A stretch of DNA of 64,000 nt from Balanoglossus misakiensis (Eukaryota > Animalia > Hemichordata), in assembly GCA_040954595.2 (NCBI GenBank), contig CM082576.2, positions 1,710,760 to 1,774,759 on the forward strand, in the 5' to 3' direction. The translations under genes were made by a program, and so were the position numbers. The notes below the pieces were generated by a model. The model worked only from the letters and a program-made list of their open reading frames with translations. It ran no database searches and had not been told where the DNA came from. This document shows positions 59,342 through 64,000 of the stretch, piece by piece (the first letter of the stretch is position 1; each line of letters begins with the position of its first letter).

Positions 59342-61614
59342 TCAATCATTCTCATCAATTTCTATGTCAGGCATATTACCTGGATCTGAAACATGATTAT
59401 TTTCTACATCATTTGAAAGATCAGATTGCTTTCTTAATCTTTTTACTCCCAAATCTCGTGCTACAGTCATTACTGGGTTCGTTGAATATAAGTAGATAGC
59501 AAAACTAACAACAACTATTGCTAATGCTGTAAAAATATCAATTTTTATGCCAAATATAATCCAACAAAGTACTGCTGTAAACATCAACTCTAGGGCACTA
59601 GCAAAGGTTTTTAAAATGGAATTTAAAGAACGTAGAAACAAACTTGTAACTATGCCAACAGCAGCATAGTTTAAAATAATAGCTATAACTTTGATTGTTA
59701 AGATTGACTGAAAACTTTGCTTTGTAAAAGCATGTTTCAGATCACCAGTATAGCCAAGTACTAGGAGATTACAGACAATCGAATCACAGTACATGAATAT
59801 GTTTTGAATCCAAATATCTACAAAGCCTTGTTGGCCTTTCAGAAGATATTCATTGTAAACCCCTGCAAAACAAGAACAGAACACTTGTAGCAACATCAGC
59901 ATCATATTTCTTCCAACGCTAAAACTGGATGAATCACCGCCAAATGTTACAAGGTCCTTCATGGTCACATCTTGTTTCAAGTGTTTTATGATACATCCCA
60001 GTGTAAGTAACAACAATGACAACCACTGCTGAGAACTCAGAATCCTCTTGAACAAAACCTGAAATTGGAAGATGAGATTAGTCAATTGACTGCATGTGAA
60101 ATGAACATTTGCTATCAGCGATATAAATTCCGAGTTACTGTACAAAATATGAGGATATGTTAGTATTTAGAGACTTTGAAGTCAATAAATTACAGAATCA
60201 AACCAGTTCAAAACCTTATCAGGTCTAGATAATCTTTTGTTTACTCCACATATATCACGCAGACACAGCACAGCAAATGCCACCATAGTATGGCTGTAGA
60301 ATACAAAAGTATCCGAAGAAGTGAAAATATCTCTGACCTGAAAAGTTATTCCTGTGACCACCACTCTGAATTGTAGTAGAAGATAATAAGTAGTTGGATC
60401 ATACTCCGCCAAGTTGACAAACTGAAGGTTGTTATAGATACAGTACAAACCAGCTGGTACAAAGTAGAGCAATAAAACTGAAAGATAGAAATCAAACGAT
60501 ACAAAGAATCAAAAACTGACTGGGAGAACCCTTACAAATGATGTATAATTTCTCTTATCAGCTCCTCGTCAGGAGTTCAGAGTGGTTTTACATTCTTTTG
60601 AATAACACCATGATTCTACTTGGCTATGTGAAACTGAAAAGTTACCCCCCCCCCCAAAAAAAAAGAAAAAGATAGTAGATAAATGACTGGTTGTGTGCTT
60701 CTCAGAGCAAATAATGGTATACTGTCTTACCTTTTAGATTTTTCCTTACTTCAGAAAATGCTTTTGAAACTGAATCACTACAAAGAATAATTAAACAAAA
60801 ACCCCAGTAAATCAAACAGAAATATGCGCTGATGTTATAATTCAGATGATGTGAACAGAGCGAAGCTAGTCATAATGAAAGCAAATTTCATTGTACATGT
60901 ATCTTGTTGAGACCACCCTATATTCTCGCATTCATTCAACCATTCTCTCTCTATAAGTCAATGTATCTCACTCACTGTCTGTGTACTATAAAACTACACC
61001 TAAAGATTTTTACTCACTTTCTTAGATACAATGCTACTGCAATCACTAATTTCACACATTCTGTCATTAAAACAACTGTGGTGGTATTATATGGATACTG
61101 ATTATTTTCATCTTTTGTGGCTGTGACCAGTATGCCTATTGAAAAAAAAATGATGTCAATTTTGTTAAGAATATTATAACTTTAATATTGTAAGCACATT
61201 CTTCCATAGTCTAGTGTTGTTCAGGTTTGCATGGAAGTTACTCCGAGTCTTGCTGTGAGTCCGTAGCCGTGTATGCTTAGGGCTACGGACTCACAGCAAT
61301 CGGAAGCCCTGGTGACCTTCACCTGCTTTTGATTTCACAGTCATCATAGCCACTTCGGTTTTACTGTGTGACAAGGGTGAAATCTTTTAGTTTTACTATG
61401 CTTCCGTCAAAGACCTGAATTATACACTAGTGATTGCGAAGCCTCACTGAGTCGCCGATTGTATTTTGCCAGTGGGGCTTCGCGTAAATTTGAGGGTCTG
61501 GTCTGGCCATTGGCTGAGCTGTGTCTTACCTTGATTTACAAACAGGGCCATGTATGCCACAAAGATTACAGCACTGAGACGCGTCGGAAATAAGCTAGCT
61601 GTGGAACCTATCAT
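59342..61614 (-). CDS. SLC35A-family nucleotide-sugar transporter (UDP-galactose transporter senju-like), 5 exons, 368 aa
   Basis: Exons: 61530-61614, 61018-61135, 60731-60777, 60338-60477, 59342-60058; total 1107 nt. Motifs LFPTRLSAVIFVAYMALFVNQGILVTA, YNTTTVVLMTECVKL, YFVPAGLYCIYNNLQFVNLAEYDPTTYYLLLQFRVVVTG, QWLSLLLLTLG, SCFAGVYNEYLLK and LNSILKTFASA. Confidence 0.92.
61250..61299. repeat. perfect hairpin, 19-bp stem with 12-nt loop
   Basis: TTGCTGTGAGTCCGTAGCC-GTGTATGCTTAG-GGCTACGGACTCACAGCAA in intron 1 of the SLC35A gene. Confidence 0.85.
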
Positions 61615-62649
61615 TTTGTTGTCATTGACTCCCCGATCGCCCCGGGTTCCATGCACTTGAACAGCAGCAGTACGTCGCCCAGGTACGTCGGCGCGCTGAT
61701 AAACCTGAACAGGACAAACGGGTTTGTGCAGGTTCAGCTCACTGCACCGATTTTCCGGATTTCCATGGTCTCTGCGCCTGGTCTCTACTACGTATCCGAC
61801 TATCTGTTCGTGTGTATGTTTCATGCATGTTGAATATTCTTGAGCGCCGCCAGCGGTAGTACGGCATGAGGGCCTGCATCACATGAGGGCGCTCGATCAT
61901 GGATGCGCCACTGTATTACGCACTATTATAACAGACGACACTCGACCCCACATACAATCTCATATAAAGGATTTAATACACTGTATTTGAAATGAATGCC
62001 TCTTACAAACATTCCAATAGACAATTCAGCTGGATGAATGGTTGGGGATTGCCTGCCTCTTAAAAGTATTTTAAAGATGAAGGAATCAGCTAGAGAAATA
62101 GATTTCATAGAGATTTATTACTAATTTGCATATTTTCAATCTTTGTTGAAATGACATGAGCATTCTCAGTTCATATTGGTTCATTATGTGTGACAATCGG
62201 AACTTATCTTTAAAACTGGAAAGTTCTGTACGAGTGTACTAGCTAATTCTTCCAAAACTTAAAACTTCCAAAGCATATTATTACGTACACAAAAAATTAT
62301 CCACCGGTCGATCTAAAGATTTCCAAAATGGCAGCACGAGCGCAATTTCCTTGTGTTTGGAGACGCTAACTTTTCGACCCATTGTTCGTGCCTTGTGTTC
62401 ACTTGGGGTTGTCATTTTTATTATTCGGATATTAAGATTGACAGTTTATACTCCTTGTAATAATTCACTCAACATCAATATTTATCGGAATCAAACTTTA
62501 ATAAAAAATAAACTTGTGCGGACTCGAATTTAAAACAATACAAATCAAATAATTTTGTAAATCAATAAATGTACTGAAATTAAAAGTGTGCAAATAAACA
62601 TTACATTTTACATGTAAACAGCATGCAACTGGCGGTAGTCGATGTGATG

Positions 62650-64000
62650 TTACGGAATAATGTTGCCACCATGCCAGCTCTCCTGCAGAAGGTCATGATC
62701 ACACATGTCTGGAATGTAGTCCACACTGCCACCTAAAAGGCAAAACATAAAATGGGTTAAAAGCCTGAAGCAGCACATGCAACTTATTTATGCGAGTCCC
62801 ATTTTTACAAGAAGTAAAACGAAAGTCCACCCTGACCATACAAAACAATGAGTTTGGACTGAACCATGGTGGTGAAAGGGTTAAAGCCAACAGGCACATA
62901 TGCTCCATCAACTGTTTACCAGAGATTTAATACATAATTTTGCTAAATGTGGATACACCGACCGACAATTACACAAAACAAACTGATATATCTTTGTTGA
63001 TTCAGAATAACTTACCAAGTCTGACTGCATGGTAGATGGTAGATTCATCAGAGTCAGACACAAGCATGATGTAGGTCTCTCCTTCCCTTTCAAACACTTC
63101 TAATCCATACAAACCAGAAACATCAGGTAATGTCACTTCTTCAATCCAGCCACTTGTGCCTTAATACAAATAGAAATACTTTGGTTACAACTACGGTATA
63201 AAAAACTTGCAACAGAATTAATTTTGTGTATGGAATATTAATTGGATGCACAACAGCTAGATTTTAAAATTCAATTCAGTGTAGCCTGAACATTATCACA
63301 CATTACCCTAAAACTTACGATAAATTAAACCATAAGCGATACATCCAAAATTTATCCTCAACTATGAATTACTTGATTTGCAATGACTTGTCTGTATAAA
63401 GAAAGCATGCCCAAATAATCCATATATCATTGCCCCAATGGTGACCTATATATTTAATTAAAACAGACCGATTAGTGTTAAATTTGTACTTACCATAATA
63501 TGTAAATAGTGTAAATTGTTTTTCTATAGTACTGACAACTGCAAGATGATAATAGCCACCAATTTTGACTGCTTCAACAGCTGATGGAGCAGTTGTATCA
63601 ATTCTTCCAAACCATACAAACTCTTTTGAAGTATCAGACCATTGAAATAACTGCAGTATAAATCACAGACACAATGTCGGCAATGTCTTGTATATTCATC
63701 TTGTAAACACTGAAGTGTGTGTTAACGATGTCAGTTTAATACTGTTTGATTGAAGTTTAAGACACCACACTAATTATGCAGTGGTCATATACTGTGCTAA
63801 CATTGGTCACATGACCACAGTTGGTCATGTTCACTTTCTGAACCCAATGTGCATGTATTCTTTATTGAACCTAGATAAATTGACAAGAATTGAAGTGCTT
63901 ACTGTAACAGCTACTTCATAGTTTGTACTGCCGTCTGATTCCACTTTCTGCTCATCAGCAATAACAATGGTTGGAACGTAGTTAAACAAGAAATGAGTAA
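62650..64000 (-). CDS. 3' end of an EAR/EPTP-repeat (beta-propeller) protein, TSPEAR/LGI-like repeats; partial
   Basis: Exons >64000-63903, 63494-63650, 63016-63159 and 62650-62732 splice in frame: THFLFNYVPTIVIADEQKVESDGSTNYEVAVTLFQWSDTSKEFVWFGRIDTTAPSAVEAVKIGGYYHLAVVSTIEKQFTLFTYYGTSGWIEEVTLPDVSGLYGLEVFEREGETYIMLVS...GGNIIP*. The pattern (Y/F)xW..F....I.T..A.AVE...IGG..HLAV is EAR-like. Confidence 0.7.
62824..62884. mobile_element. partial copy of the TTAA-CCCTTTCACC MITE family
   Basis: GTCCACCCTGACCATACAAAACAATGAGTTTGGACTGAACCATGGTGGTGAAAGGG-TTAA aligns with the right half of 25545-25635. Confidence 0.65.

Noticed and set aside
61444-61824. 126-aa ORF as an N-terminal extension of the SLC35A protein
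   Set aside because: Family similarity begins at MIGSTASLFPT (61614). The upstream part looks like GC-rich promoter/5'UTR, although an extension cannot be excluded.

Overview
This is AT-rich, intron-containing animal genomic DNA, not prokaryotic. It is most likely an invertebrate deuterostome such as a hemichordate, which is my inference from protein similarity, intron positions and repeat style. Manual splicing at GT..AG boundaries gives six complete genes and two partial ones. In order: an RGS7/RGS6-like gene (minus; only the first coding exon is here and ~11 kb of intron runs off the left edge), AKT/PKB (minus, 12 coding exons, 473 aa), APLF (minus, 11 exons, 610 aa), an RDH11/12/13/14-like SDR (plus, 6 exons, 319 aa), TRIP11/GMAP-210 golgin (minus, 19 exons, ~2412 aa), RNase T2 (minus, 8 exons, 256 aa), a senju-like SLC35A transporter (minus, 5 exons, 368 aa) and the 3' end of an EAR/EPTP-repeat protein (minus, runs off the right edge). 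Non-coding DNA holds TTAA-flanked MITEs, foldback palindromes, a tRNA-derived SINE remnant and mini/microsatellites. I see no clearly new multi-gene system. The most unusual items are a minisatellite made of tandem copies of an APLF 5' splice site, two phase-compatible candidate alternative first exons in the RGS7 intron, an orphan promoter-like island between two convergent genes, and RG-repeat blocks in APLF. Family assignments come from recalled motifs; no database searches were run.
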